From NCBI GenBank assembly GCA_963700635.1, contig CAVOYH010000003.1, forward strand, positions 384,001 to 448,000: 64,000 bases of DNA, given 5' to 3'. Below the pieces are notes generated by a model. That model was not told the origin of the DNA. It saw nothing but the letters and a program-made list of their open reading frames with translations, and did no database searches. Shown here piece by piece: positions 49,363 through 59,457 of the stretch. This DNA comes from an uncultured Bacteroidota bacterium (GTDB lineage: Bacteria; Bacteroidota; Ignavibacteria; UBA10030; UBA6906). The translations under genes and the position numbers were made by a program. Each line of letters opens with the position of its first letter. Position 1 is the first letter of the stretch.

Positions 49363-49731
49363 TTACACCTGACGGATTTTCATACTTTCATTATAACCCC
49401 GCTCACCGAAGGGTTGAAGCGCTTCCAGCCAGATCTGCTCCAGGAGCGTGAGTTCGTCGTCCACATCGAATCCCTCATCATCTTTGATCCGGACCTCTTC
49501 CAGAATCTCGAAAAGGAACTTGTCCGGACCGTACGTATCCCAGTCACGCTGCAGGGCTGTGTTGTCATGCCATCCGATTGTCAGCATGAACCTGTGACGG
49601 TTCAGCGGTCCTTCGAGGTTCAGACTGCTCCCCAGCATCACTTTGCCGTTTGCTGTGTTCTTAATCTGAAACACTCCCGCCGGCTTTTTCCGCTCCCTGT
49701 ATTCCCTTTTTATCTCCTGCCGCGTTTTCAG
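49363..49731 (-). CDS. GIY-YIG nuclease family protein
   Basis: PAGVFQIKN...MLGSSLNL...LQRDWDTYG...FEILE...GYN; frame extends upstream to CTG at 49731 after GGAG. Confidence 0.75.
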   Translation of the reverse strand: MKTRQEIKREYRERKKPAGVFQIKNTANGKVMLGSSLNLEGPLNRHRFMLTIGWHDNTALQRDWDTYGPDKFLFEILEEVRIKDDEGFDVDDELTLLEQIWLEALQPFGERGYNESMKIRQV

Positions 49732-49918
49732 TTCATCTCCACGATTGGATCGTACCTGATACGTAATGCCGGCGTCACATCTGTGGTCCGCACTCTCGTC
49801 ATCGCCATCACGCCGCGTTCTTCGACAAGTTTCACCTTCAAGCCTATCGCCCTCGGCGGTATGCCTTAAAAGTCTTGACCTCTTTTCTTCTCATATCCGA
49901 AACCGGTCTCGATCTGTA

Positions 49919-50215
49919 TCAAACCCGGTGGTGCTTTTTCTTCTTTCGGGTCAGAGTAATACCTCCGAACCCCGCGATAACAGCGATATAGAATCCTAAA
50001 TCATACCACCAGCCGGTATTAGCCGGTTCGTAGATCCGAACACCGTCTTTAAACAAGCCCACGATCAACGAGATGGGGGCGATCCAGCCGTGCCAGACGC
50101 CGGAGAAGAAACCGGCGGGTTCCTGTGTTGAATATGTGCTCCCACCAGGAAAGCAACCGCTGAATGTTATCGTGATTACAACGACACACAGTAAAGCGAC
50201 AAGTATTTTTCTCAT
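49919..50215 (-). CDS. small membrane lipoprotein
   Basis: Lipobox FSGC; PAGFFSGVWHGWIAP...NTGWWYDLGF. Confidence 0.8.
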   Translation of the reverse strand: MRKILVALLCVVVITITFSGCFPGGSTYSTQEPAGFFSGVWHGWIAPISLIVGLFKDGVRIYEPANTGWWYDLGFYIAVIAGFGGITLTRKKKKHHRV

Positions 50216-50271
50216 GGTCACCTCTTTGATCAGACAAGTTGTCATGGCTGAAACGTAAGGGGTTTGACTGT

Positions 50272-51264
50272 TCACTCCCGGGCCTGGCCCAGACTCTTTG
50301 CGAGGGCACGGATCGGGCCAAGTGCCGATTTGTAGCCGATGGCGATCACCTCTTCGGCGCGGTCGAATTCAAGAAGATGCACCGAACCCAGCGGCGGCCG
50401 GATGAGAATCTCCGGCTGTTCGATATCCAGCCGGCTCTCCGTGAGGCGTACCTGCATGATATGCATCGATGCCAGCAACACTTCGGTCATGCTGGGAAGC
50501 GGATCCTTATCAAGCCACGCGCGGACCCGAACTACCGCCGGATGTTCTGTTGTTTGAAGTCCTTTCCCCATGCGCGAAGCGGCCCAGACATAATTCCTCA
50601 CACCAAGACGGGCAAGAGCGGCGCTGCGCTTCTGTCCGGCCCGTGCTTTTCGCCTGTGCGCCTTGCCGGCGACAATTTCATGATTAAGGTCAATCGCGAC
50701 AACCAGGTCTGCTCCCAGAGCACGGGCTGCATCGACCGGCACCGGGTTGACAAGTCCGCCATCAACCAGAATCCGGGAATCTCTGCGTACGGGGGTAAAG
50801 ATGCCGGGGACGGAAATACTGGCGCGAACCGCTTCGACCAGGTTGCCCTCACGGATAACGACCTCTTCCCCGTTAGAGATGTCGGTGGCAACCGCACAGA
50901 ACGGGACGGGCAGTTCTCCGATGGACTGTAACGGCACATGGGTGCGCAGAAACTCCGCGATCTTCTTCCCATTGATGAGTCCGGATCTGGGGAATACCGG
51001 GTCGAACAATGAGCCGATGGATCTCCAGTCAAAGTTCCGGAAGGCATGCTCCAGGGCATCGAGTCTGCCTGACGCATACACGGCGCCGATCAAGGCGCCC
51101 ATGCTGGTCCCGGCCACCACATCCACCTTGATCCCCATCTCTTCGATCGCGCGGATTACCCCGATATGAGCCAGCCCCCTGGCCGAGCCGCTGCCCAGAA
51201 CAAGTCCAATCTTCGGCCGGGGTGTTGTGGATTCCGGCGGGATCCTGATACGAGGCGGCGTCAT
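50272..51264 (-). CDS. patatin-like phospholipase (RssA-like)
   Basis: GSGSARG, GTSMG, VDGG; ATGA overlap with LOG gene. Confidence 0.9.
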   Translation of the reverse strand: MTPPRIRIPPESTTPRPKIGLVLGSGSARGLAHIGVIRAIEEMGIKVDVVAGTSMGALIGAVYASGRLDALEHAFRNFDWRSIGSLFDPVFPRSGLINGKKIAEFLRTHVPLQSIGELPVPFCAVATDISNGEEVVIREGNLVEAVRASISVPGIFTPVRRDSRILVDGGLVNPVPVDAARALGADLVVAIDLNHEIVAGKAHRRKARAGQKRSAALARLGVRNYVWAASRMGKGLQTTEHPAVVRVRAWLDKDPLPSMTEVLLASMHIMQVRLTESRLDIEQPEILIRPPLGSVHLLEFDRAEEVIAIGYKSALGPIRALAKSLGQARE

Positions 51265-51869
51265 ATTCTGGCAAAGTCCCGTGCTTCTGGACCCCACGGT
51301 GCAGCATGCTGTATGGCCGCCACCACTTCATCTGCCCGGCTCACGTGGCTCCACATTGCCCGGTGACGGACATCCATAAAGTTTTCCCGGATCGCCCCCT
51401 CGAGAAATGTCAGAAGGGGATCAAAAAAACCGCTGATATTAACAAGCACGATCGGGTTCACATACAATCCGAGGCGTTTCAGGGTCACAGCTTCAAAGAG
51501 TTCCTCCAATGTACCCGAGCCACCCGGGAGCGCAACAACCGCATCCGTATTTTCGATCATTATCCGTTTGCGCTCATGGAGGTCGTTGACGAGACGTAAT
51601 TCCGAGAGCCCCGGATGGCCCCATTCAACATCATTCATAAAGCGGGGGAGGACGCCAAGAACGTGTCCACCCTCCTTGAGCGCCCCGTCGGCAAGCGCGC
51701 CCATGAGCCCGCTGCCTCCACCGCCATACACCAGAGTTATACCCTCGCGTGCCAGAAGCCGGCCAAGCTGTTCGGCGGCTTCGAAATATCGGGCGTCGAC
51801 CTTCCGGCTTGAGGCACAATAGACACAGACTCGTCGAATGGCGCGCGGAATGGTTGTGCCCTTGTTCAT
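51261..51869 (-). CDS. LOG family nucleotide phosphoribohydrolase (TIGR00730)
   Basis: VYGGG, GLMG, PGGSGTLEE. Confidence 0.92.
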   Translation of the reverse strand: MNKGTTIPRAIRRVCVYCASSRKVDARYFEAAEQLGRLLAREGITLVYGGGGSGLMGALADGALKEGGHVLGVLPRFMNDVEWGHPGLSELRLVNDLHERKRIMIENTDAVVALPGGSGTLEELFEAVTLKRLGLYVNPIVLVNISGFFDPLLTFLEGAIRENFMDVRHRAMWSHVSRADEVVAAIQHAAPWGPEARDFARI

Positions 51870-53410
51870 CGTTTTTCCTTTCGCCCGCCCTCAGGAGGAC
51901 TGTCAGGTGCCGCACGCTCGTTTTCCTCTTCTGCTTTTTCCACGATCCGACGCAACATTCCGCCGAACACCAGCTGATGCAACGGATACATCATGTACCA
52001 GTAGACGAGTCCAAACAACCCCACCGGATCGAATATTGCTGTTTGACGGATCACCGCGGAAGTGTTGTCTCCAACAACTTCGAATTCCAGCCATGCTCGT
52101 CCGGGCAGTTTCATCTCGGCCACAAGCCGCAGGAGGCGGGATTGTTCAAACGCTTCAACCCGCCAGAAGTCTACAGTGTCTCCGACCCGAAGGTTTTGCA
52201 CAGTCGGACGCCCCCGCCGCATTCCGACGCCTCCGACGAGCAGATCGATAAATCCCCGAAGCTGCCAGAGCCGATTCCATGCGTACCAGCCCGTGTCGCC
52301 CCCGATCCGTTGGATCGGAGTGAACGCTTGCGTGGGAGTCATTGACACATGAGCCGTTCGCGAATCAACGAGTCGGGTTCCGAATCGAATACCTCCCCAG
52401 GAACGCACGTCGCCCGATGAAGACAGAGCATCGGACCAACGGGTTGCGGCAAATTCTTTGTCTTCGTTGGTGAGTGCGTGACGGATGGCGTCCTCGATTC
52501 CCATCGGGCGGACGCTGAACACACTGAGCGCAGCAGTATCCCGAACCACCGTGGAATGAACAATACTCTCAATCAGGGTGCGGCCGATACGGGCATACAG
52601 GGGTGTGACCAGCCCCAGCCACAAACTGGAGAGGAATGGTGTGAGCGCGGGCACCGGAATCATCCGGAGCCGCATTCCCCGGGCGCGAGCATAGGTACGC
52701 ATGATATCGGCGTACGACACCTGGTCAGATCCGCCAATCTCGTACACGCGGTAGTCGGGAACGGGCAGATGCACTGCCGCGGTCAGATACGCGATCAGGT
52801 CCTCGACAGCAATCGGCTGTGCCGGCATGGAGACCCACCGGGGTGTGATCATCACCGGCAATCGTTCCACCAGTGAACGGATCATTTCAAATGACAGGCT
52901 TCCTGACCCGATCACAATCGACGCGCGGAACTCCAGGACGGCCACTCCCGACTGGCGCAGGATGTGTCCCACTTCCTGCCGGCTACGAAGGTGCGGCGAG
53001 AGGTCCTGCGTATCATCCCCCAGTCCCCCGAGGTAAATGATACGCTCGACGCCTGCCGCCTTTGCCGCTTCCGCGAAATTATGCGCAGCACGCCGGTCGT
53101 TCTCTTCAAATGACCCCGTGGCACCCATGGAGTGAATAAGGTAGTACGCCACGCGCACGCCACGCAGAACAGGATCGAGACTGTGCCGGTCGAGCACATC
53201 ACCCGGAACAACTTCGGTTGATGGACTGACTTTGGGTCTGAGAAACTCAGGCCGGCGAGCGAGGCAGCGCACACGACATCCCTTCTGCTCCAACGATTGC
53301 AGAAGTCGTCCACCGACATACCCCGAAGCACCCGTGAGAAGTATAAGGGGAGAGTCGGAATCAGGAGTGACGGGCGCGTTTGTGGATTCGCTGTTCGATT
53401 GTGGGTTCAT
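51866..53410 (-). CDS. NAD(P)-binding atypical SDR with DUF2867 (YbjT-like)
   Basis: TGASGYVG, YYLIHSM, HLRSR, AEMKLPGRAWLEF. Confidence 0.88.
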   Translation of the reverse strand: MNPQSNSESTNAPVTPDSDSPLILLTGASGYVGGRLLQSLEQKGCRVRCLARRPEFLRPKVSPSTEVVPGDVLDRHSLDPVLRGVRVAYYLIHSMGATGSFEENDRRAAHNFAEAAKAAGVERIIYLGGLGDDTQDLSPHLRSRQEVGHILRQSGVAVLEFRASIVIGSGSLSFEMIRSLVERLPVMITPRWVSMPAQPIAVEDLIAYLTAAVHLPVPDYRVYEIGGSDQVSYADIMRTYARARGMRLRMIPVPALTPFLSSLWLGLVTPLYARIGRTLIESIVHSTVVRDTAALSVFSVRPMGIEDAIRHALTNEDKEFAATRWSDALSSSGDVRSWGGIRFGTRLVDSRTAHVSMTPTQAFTPIQRIGGDTGWYAWNRLWQLRGFIDLLVGGVGMRRGRPTVQNLRVGDTVDFWRVEAFEQSRLLRLVAEMKLPGRAWLEFEVVGDNTSAVIRQTAIFDPVGLFGLVYWYMMYPLHQLVFGGMLRRIVEKAEEENERAAPDSPPEGGRKEKR

Positions 53411-53434
53411 GCAGCTATCAGCGCTGGTAAGCGA

Positions 53435-54880
53435 TTACTTCTGTTGTTTGTCATCCGGGGGAGGGTCATCGTGAAAACTGTCGGATATCGATGCACCATG
53501 TTGAATTCTGTAGACTATCCGTTCGATTCTCTTGACAAAGGACAACACCCTGCCGATAAATCCTTTCTGTCTGAAGTTTAATGTTGTTTGTATGTCCTCG
53601 ATCTCCTTGCCGAGTTCTGCCTGAAGCGAAGGCGATTTCGTAATGGAAAGTACTTGCGAGGGATACACGCTCCTGTGTCCTGAAATGAGAAAACTGACCA
53701 CACACGCCAGCGTTGCATACGGCGCGACGGCAGGGCCAAAGAGCTCAACAGCAAGAATACTTGCGGCAATGGGGGTGTTGGTTGCGCCGGCGAGGACGCT
53801 TACCAGACCGATCGCCGCGAACGTTGAAGGACTCAGGCTGAGGAGATGAGCAAACGTCACCCCGGCTGTCGACCCGACAAAGAAAATGGGCGTGACGATC
53901 CCGCCACTCCCTCCAAAGTTGAGTGTGAGAGCTGTAAAGAGTGGTTTAACGAGAAAAGCATACCAGTCCGTATCTCCTCCTCTGAGACTTGATTCGACAG
54001 TCTCCAGGCCAAGACCCAGGTAGCGGGTTGAAAAGATATACGTCAGGCCAATCAGGGCTATCCCGCCGAATATGCCTTTGATCGGTGACCAGACCCGGAT
54101 TCGGGCTGCCAACCGTTCCCCCCACTTGAGCATTTCGATGAGAAAGATCGAGCAGAGCCCGAAGAACAGTCCCGCGAGAAGAACCTTAACGAGAAACATC
54201 TCCGTAAAATCCGGGACGACGGTGACGGGTTGATGGAAATACATAACCCCGAGAGAGCTTGACACCTGGTACGCAGTGATTCCGGCGATAAACGAGGGCA
54301 ACAAGACGTCATACATAATCGCCCCCACAAACAGGACTTCAACCCCGAAGATTGATCCGGCGATCGGCGTTCCAAAAACTGAAGCAAACCCTGCACTGAT
54401 TCCACAGATTACCATCTTCTTGCGGTCATGATCGTCAAACCTGAGCAGGTCGCTGAACAGTGACGTTAAACCGGCCCCAATCTGCGCGCAGGGCCCCTCC
54501 TTGCCTGCTGAACCTCCCAGCGCGAGAGTGATTACGGTTGCAACAAGTTTCACCGGCACGACCAGAACGGGAATTTTCCCGGCCCGCTTGTGTATCGCTT
54601 CGATTACCTTTTCCGTGCCGTGCCCCCCCGCGTCGGGGGCGAGGTATTTGATCAGGAGCGCACTGATGAAGAGGGAAGCCGGCAGCAACCAGAAAAAGTT
54701 CGGGAACTGTGCGCTGAGGCCCGTGCTCCAGGTTAACAGTTTGAGAAACAGGGCGACGGCTCCGCCCACGATGGCCCCTGCCACTGACGCGAGGATTGCC
54801 CATTTCACAACGCTGATGAAGAGAATCGTCGATTCTGCAATCGACTTCTTCATAACAGTCCTTTTATCCGGCATCCTCAC
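53435..54880 (-). CDS. ClC-family anion channel/transporter
   Basis: GKEGP, FGTPIAG, GGIVTP, ATNTPIA. Confidence 0.9.
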   Translation of the reverse strand: MRMPDKRTVMKKSIAESTILFISVVKWAILASVAGAIVGGAVALFLKLLTWSTGLSAQFPNFFWLLPASLFISALLIKYLAPDAGGHGTEKVIEAIHKRAGKIPVLVVPVKLVATVITLALGGSAGKEGPCAQIGAGLTSLFSDLLRFDDHDRKKMVICGISAGFASVFGTPIAGSIFGVEVLFVGAIMYDVLLPSFIAGITAYQVSSSLGVMYFHQPVTVVPDFTEMFLVKVLLAGLFFGLCSIFLIEMLKWGERLAARIRVWSPIKGIFGGIALIGLTYIFSTRYLGLGLETVESSLRGGDTDWYAFLVKPLFTALTLNFGGSGGIVTPIFFVGSTAGVTFAHLLSLSPSTFAAIGLVSVLAGATNTPIAASILAVELFGPAVAPYATLACVVSFLISGHRSVYPSQVLSITKSPSLQAELGKEIEDIQTTLNFRQKGFIGRVLSFVKRIERIVYRIQHGASISDSFHDDPPPDDKQQK

Positions 54881-55434
54881 AGGACACCTCCGCTCCCTTC
54901 GTCAATAAAATAAAGACGGCTGTCCTCGATCCGAAATAGCAGTGGAGCGACCACGATACTTGGATACCGCAGCCGCAGGCGTTTCACCTCGCTCAAGGTG
55001 AAATCAACCTCGTTTCCAATTTCGAACATCGGGGCGAAGTGAAAAAAATGATCCTCAGCCTGTTGCTGCGACCATCCCGCGCTCTCGACCAATCCGTTAA
55101 CGAATTGTTCTTTCCGTGCAATCAGGTTGACCATGCCGCATTGGTTGTGGCCGATCAGCGCAATCGCATGAACACCTCCCACCGCCACAGCATACGATAC
55201 CTTGAATTCGCTATACCGCAGGTTAGCGCCCCCGGCCCGTATGATAAACGCAAAATTGTCGGGTATATGGAGGTGTTTCCTGTTATCCATACACATCCCG
55301 ATGAGCAATTGAGCGTTTGTGTACGTTTCAACTTTTCTGTTCAGATTTTGATATTCAAGCAACAGCCCAACAGGATTGTCCCGGTACTGCGGGGGAATAT
55401 CAGCCTTGGTGTTTATCTCCATCAATCGATGCAT
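54877..55434 (-). CDS. beta-class carbonic anhydrase
   Basis: CMDNR (CxDxR), IRAGG, HNQCG (HxxC). Confidence 0.85.
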   Translation of the reverse strand: MHRLMEINTKADIPPQYRDNPVGLLLEYQNLNRKVETYTNAQLLIGMCMDNRKHLHIPDNFAFIIRAGGANLRYSEFKVSYAVAVGGVHAIALIGHNQCGMVNLIARKEQFVNGLVESAGWSQQQAEDHFFHFAPMFEIGNEVDFTLSEVKRLRLRYPSIVVAPLLFRIEDSRLYFIDEGSGGVL

Positions 55435-55511
55435 TCGATCGTCCTCCGTTTTACTTCTTCAAGAATCGAACCTGAGAGCGCCGGGAACCAGCCAGCGTAA
55501 CGATGTGCCTT

Positions 55512-55872
55512 TCATGCGGTCTTCTCTTCTATCCATCGGATCATGACATCAAGGGCCATACCGACGTACCACTCATGGATCGTTCCCTCTTGTATAGAAT
55601 TCAGCAGCGCGGTAGTAGAAAGCCGCATTCACGGATCGCCCTTCTCGAACGGCCTTGTCCGCAAGCTTGAGCATTTCTCTCTTCCAATCCTCGAAATCTG
55701 TCACCCGCGATCCCGCCTCGACCATATCCTCGAATCTGGTGTACCCGAGGGAATACCAGCGATTGAGTTGAAAATTGAAGAGCTGTTTCCTGTGGAACCT
55801 GTGATAACCGATGGGAAAGAAAAACCGCGCAGTGCTTGTGTCATGTCCTGCTGGGATTCCCTGTTCGTTCAT
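55512..55872 (-). pseudogene. internally deleted alpha/beta hydrolase remnant
   Basis: N-terminus FPIGYHRFH...NFQLNRW...AAFYYRAAEFY stops at 99 aa; next frame gives VGMALDVMIRWIEEKTA-stop, resembling a hydrolase C-terminal helix. Confidence 0.55.
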
Positions 55873-56699
55873 TAGAGTTGTTTTCCACAGTACTTGCAGT
55901 GTACGGCATCCTCATCGTGCTTGTCAGCGCTGCAGCCACGACAGGCCCTGATGGCTCCTCTTGATTTGAACACCTGCGACATTTCCACCGTGACGATGCC
56001 GGTCGGGACAGCGATAATGCCGTATCCCATAATCATGATGACGACGGAAAGGAGTTGTCCCAGGACGGTCTGGGGTGTGATGTCCCCGTACCCGACTGTC
56101 GTGAGCGTTACAATTGCCCAGTAGATGCTCTTGGGGATGCTGGTGAAGCCATTCCCCTCTCCTTCGATAAGATACATGAGCGATCCAAGGATCGTCACAA
56201 GCGTAAGGACGGTGAAGATGAAAATGGTGATCTTCCGCCGGCTTGCGCGGAGAGCCTGAACGAGGATTCTGCTCTCTCCGACATACTGCACCAGCTTGAG
56301 CACGCGGAAGACCCTGAGGATACGCAGGAGCCGGATAACGAGCAGATACTGCCCGCCCGGGTAGAGAAGGCTGATGTATGTCGGCAGGATTGCAAGAAGA
56401 TCCACAACGCCAAAAAAACTTCTTGCATAGAGCATGGGCCGGGTGACGGCAAAAAGACGGAGCAGATACTCAAACGTAAACAGGATGGTAAAGAACCATT
56501 CGGCATACATCAACCATTGTCCGTACTGCGCCCGAACAGGTTGCACGCTGTCCAGCATGACAGCGGCCACGCTCAGCCCGATGAAGACGATCAGGACAAT
56601 GTCGAAGCGTCTTCCCATCGGCGTATCAGCTTCAAAAATGACCTCGTGGAGCTTACGGCGCCAGGTGGAAAACGTACCACGCGAGTCTTGAATGGTCAT
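55872..56699 (-). CDS. 6TM voltage-gated potassium channel
   Basis: S4 RLLRILRVFRVLK; filter TTVGYGD. Confidence 0.93.
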   Translation of the reverse strand: MTIQDSRGTFSTWRRKLHEVIFEADTPMGRRFDIVLIVFIGLSVAAVMLDSVQPVRAQYGQWLMYAEWFFTILFTFEYLLRLFAVTRPMLYARSFFGVVDLLAILPTYISLLYPGGQYLLVIRLLRILRVFRVLKLVQYVGESRILVQALRASRRKITIFIFTVLTLVTILGSLMYLIEGEGNGFTSIPKSIYWAIVTLTTVGYGDITPQTVLGQLLSVVIMIMGYGIIAVPTGIVTVEMSQVFKSRGAIRACRGCSADKHDEDAVHCKYCGKQL

Positions 56700-56729
56700 G
56701 TCTCGAGAAAACCTCTTGAAGGGAGCTTT

Positions 56730-56758
56730 AAAGTACGCAACATGCTACTCACTGTCAA
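56730..56758 (-). promoter_or_regulatory. sigma70 promoter upstream of the K+ channel
   Basis: Minus strand TTGACA-17 bp-TACTTT. Confidence 0.55.
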
Positions 56759-56834
56759 AACACCTGTCCTGCAAACCGGGGTATCCCCAACCGAGAACCG
56801 GCCGAGTCCCGCTGACTGATTCGCTTCCCAGGTT

Positions 56835-57524
56835 TTACGTTTGATCACCGCGGCCGTTCGATGCCGTTCTGGCGAGTCGTGCGATATCCACATTCTCCAG
56901 TATCGGTTTTGAATACCCAAATAGGGTTGCATGTATCATTGCAGTCCCGAGATCTTCTGCTGTGCACACAGCCCGCGGGAACAGGGCTTTCCAGATCGGA
57001 TACGGCCACGCCACTACTTTGAAAATCGGATGTACATTCTTCTGACCCCGGGTCGGTTTAATAAGTCCCGGCCGGAATGCATATATCCCCTTGAACGGGA
57101 GTCTCCTCAGGTGATTTTCGGTCCTTCCTTTTACTCTCGCCCACATGAGACGACCCCTTTCCGTACTGTCTGTACCTGTTCCCGACACGTAGCAAAATGT
57201 CATTGCGGGATTCAGTCGCGACAATGTCGCTGCCGCATGCATCGTGAGATCATACGTGATCCGGGTGTATTCGGGCTCACTCTTGCCGACGGACGAGACA
57301 CCCAGACAGAAAAAGCATGCATCGTAACCCCTGAGGTGGGCTTCAATTCCGGACAAATCGAAGAAATCCTGATGCATCAATTCCTTCAACCCGGGATCCT
57401 CCGCCAGGCACGGCTTTCTGCCGACAACCAGGACCGATTCTACCGCGGGATGCTTGAGAGTTTCGAAAAGCACTCCCTCTCCGACCATGCCTGAAGCTCC
57501 GAATACGATTACCTTTATCTTCAT
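56835..57524 (-). CDS. NAD-dependent epimerase/atypical SDR
   Basis: GASGMVG, CFFCLG, MWARVKG, FRPG. Confidence 0.87.
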   Translation of the reverse strand: MKIKVIVFGASGMVGEGVLFETLKHPAVESVLVVGRKPCLAEDPGLKELMHQDFFDLSGIEAHLRGYDACFFCLGVSSVGKSEPEYTRITYDLTMHAAATLSRLNPAMTFCYVSGTGTDSTERGRLMWARVKGRTENHLRRLPFKGIYAFRPGLIKPTRGQKNVHPIFKVVAWPYPIWKALFPRAVCTAEDLGTAMIHATLFGYSKPILENVDIARLARTASNGRGDQT

Positions 57525-57584
57525 TGTCTCACCATGGTTCAATACGATCGGTGGAACATGCCGAGAGGAGATTAGGGACACACT

Positions 57585-57937
57585 CTATACTAAGAGTTGT
57601 CGTGTCCTCTGGCAAGAGTGATGGTACCGGACAGGATCGTCTTCAACCTTGGATTCCTCTCCTACGATCCTCATAACATATGTACCGTTGTACTCATGGT
57701 AGCCCACTTCCACCCAGAGCTCTTTTCCCGGTTTGGTGACTTTTCCGGTTACCTGACGGGCATATTTCTCCTCGCTTGTGCAGACCTTCTCTATTGCCTC
57801 TCTTGTTCCCTCAATGAGAACGGTGCCGCCCATATTCTTGATGGCATTGGAAGTGTCCTTGAACTCTCCATCCTGGCTCCGGCGACCACGGGTACCATCA
57901 AGGAACCGACAATGCAGAACATCACCATGCTTCTCAT
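57585..57937 (-). pseudogene. frameshifted remnant of an exported protein (possibly OmpA-family N-terminal domain)
   Basis: GGAGG-ATG and signal peptide MRSMVMFCIVGSLMVPVVAG in one frame; NAIKNMGG...GKELWVEV...YVMRIV in another. Confidence 0.45.
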
Positions 57938-58013
57938 CGTATCCTCCATAGTGTGAAGTGGCGTGGTTCTTCAGCAAGGTGACCTGTTATGGAAAGCTGT
58001 AGATGCCCCCGGG

Positions 58014-59153
58014 CTAAGACTTTACTACATCATTCACCGCCCGGCGCGCAGAATGTGGTGTCGGTGTGGAACGGCCAAGCCGGAAGAGCATCTGCGGTTT
58101 TTCGTTCTTGATGTTCACAGCAGTAATAAACTGGGATTGCACCGAGTCAATTTCCATAATTTGACTCATCGGATGCAGAGATAACCCCATTCGGGTGGCG
58201 GTCAGGAACAGGCGTGCGAAATGGCGTCCCACCATAATCTCATCCGCTCTTGTTGTCCCGCGGCTGCAAAGAAGTCCGATTGCCTGGGAACTGAACGCAC
58301 CCTCCCGTATTGACTCGACCGTTCGTTGCAGGAACGACTCGTCGAAGGCAGAGCTGCGGCCGGTAAACATCCGGGCAAAAAACAGTTTCACACCGGTAAT
58401 ACCGAGGTTCGGAAAACTGATACCATCACGGTGTTGTTCAACCTCTTCGTCAGTGAATCGTAGCATTTCGACTGTCTCGGCATGCATTGCACGGTTGTAA
58501 GTTTCAATACGCATGGCCTCTGTCATCATTTCTGCAACACTGACAATGAGCGCCGGATCGGTGAACACCTGAAGCGGAAAATCCGCGTCCTCGTATGATC
58601 CGTGAAGCATCGTAAGTTCTGCGTCCGTGAGATGCGGTCCCGCATATACACGACGGTTGGTGTGGCGTTTGAGGATGAAACCGAAGAGCGCATCCTCCCG
58701 GACTTCTTTGTGTTCTGTCAAAGCAATGTGGGCAACGGGATTCTGCCCGATGTTTTCCAGTGGATCCACACCATGAGGAAACAGCGTAATATCGGCTTTC
58801 AGTCCAAAATGAGTTGCGGCGATGGAGAGGGTTTCGAGAAATGCGCCCTGGCTGATCATGATCTGCCGCGCCGGCGGGTCTGTGTGAGGAAGCAAACGAC
58901 CGGGGTCAACATACAACTCTATGCCGTCTCCGCGGAGATCTACAATCCATGGTTGTTTGTTGTGAGAATTTGGCGCAAGCATAGCGTACGACACAAGTAT
59001 GAGCCGGATGTCCGTGTTCTCCGGCAGACTGGAGGGACCGTTCCAGGGAGCGAGAGCATCAAGGGGTTGATCAGCGCAACCCGTGATCGGGGAGGGCAGT
59101 AGTACACTGACACCCCCTGCCCCGAGAATTTTCACAAAGTCCCTTCGGTCCAT
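58014..59153 (-). CDS. Tat-exported Acg-type nitroreductase/FMN-binding protein
   Basis: MDRRDFVK, LAPNSHNKQPW, RHTNRR, GLSLHPMSQ, QMLFRLG. Confidence 0.85.
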   Translation of the reverse strand: MDRRDFVKILGAGGVSVLLPSPITGCADQPLDALAPWNGPSSLPENTDIRLILVSYAMLAPNSHNKQPWIVDLRGDGIELYVDPGRLLPHTDPPARQIMISQGAFLETLSIAATHFGLKADITLFPHGVDPLENIGQNPVAHIALTEHKEVREDALFGFILKRHTNRRVYAGPHLTDAELTMLHGSYEDADFPLQVFTDPALIVSVAEMMTEAMRIETYNRAMHAETVEMLRFTDEEVEQHRDGISFPNLGITGVKLFFARMFTGRSSAFDESFLQRTVESIREGAFSSQAIGLLCSRGTTRADEIMVGRHFARLFLTATRMGLSLHPMSQIMEIDSVQSQFITAVNIKNEKPQMLFRLGRSTPTPHSARRAVNDVVKS

Positions 59154-59457
59154 ATATCACCTCATTGTTCTGTGCACACCATGATTACCCGATCAGCGAC
59201 CATCCCGCACGTCCCGGAACGTCCAGAACGAGGATTCGGACCCGGTGAGCCACCGGATGTTTGAGTTGAAGTGTGCTATTCATACGGTTTGCCCTGGGAA
59301 TGGTGTGCAAAGGTTCCGGGGTACGATGGTGCAAGCTCGGCTCCGTGGACTGCGAGCAAACGCTGCGTTTCGTTAGCGTTAAACGTCGCCATTCTCTCTC
59401 CTCGTTCATTCGGGAACTGTAAGGGATTCGCCGAATCAGGGACCCCCGGTGGCGGTG

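Noticed and set aside
49363-51869. Defence island (GIY-YIG, patatin, LOG)
   Set aside because: Patatin is RssA-like and LOG is the housekeeping TIGR00730 type; no cyclase, TIR, SIR2 or restriction genes
59185-59409. 74-aa minus-strand ORF
   Set aside because: No recognisable motif; probably intergenic or a small remnant
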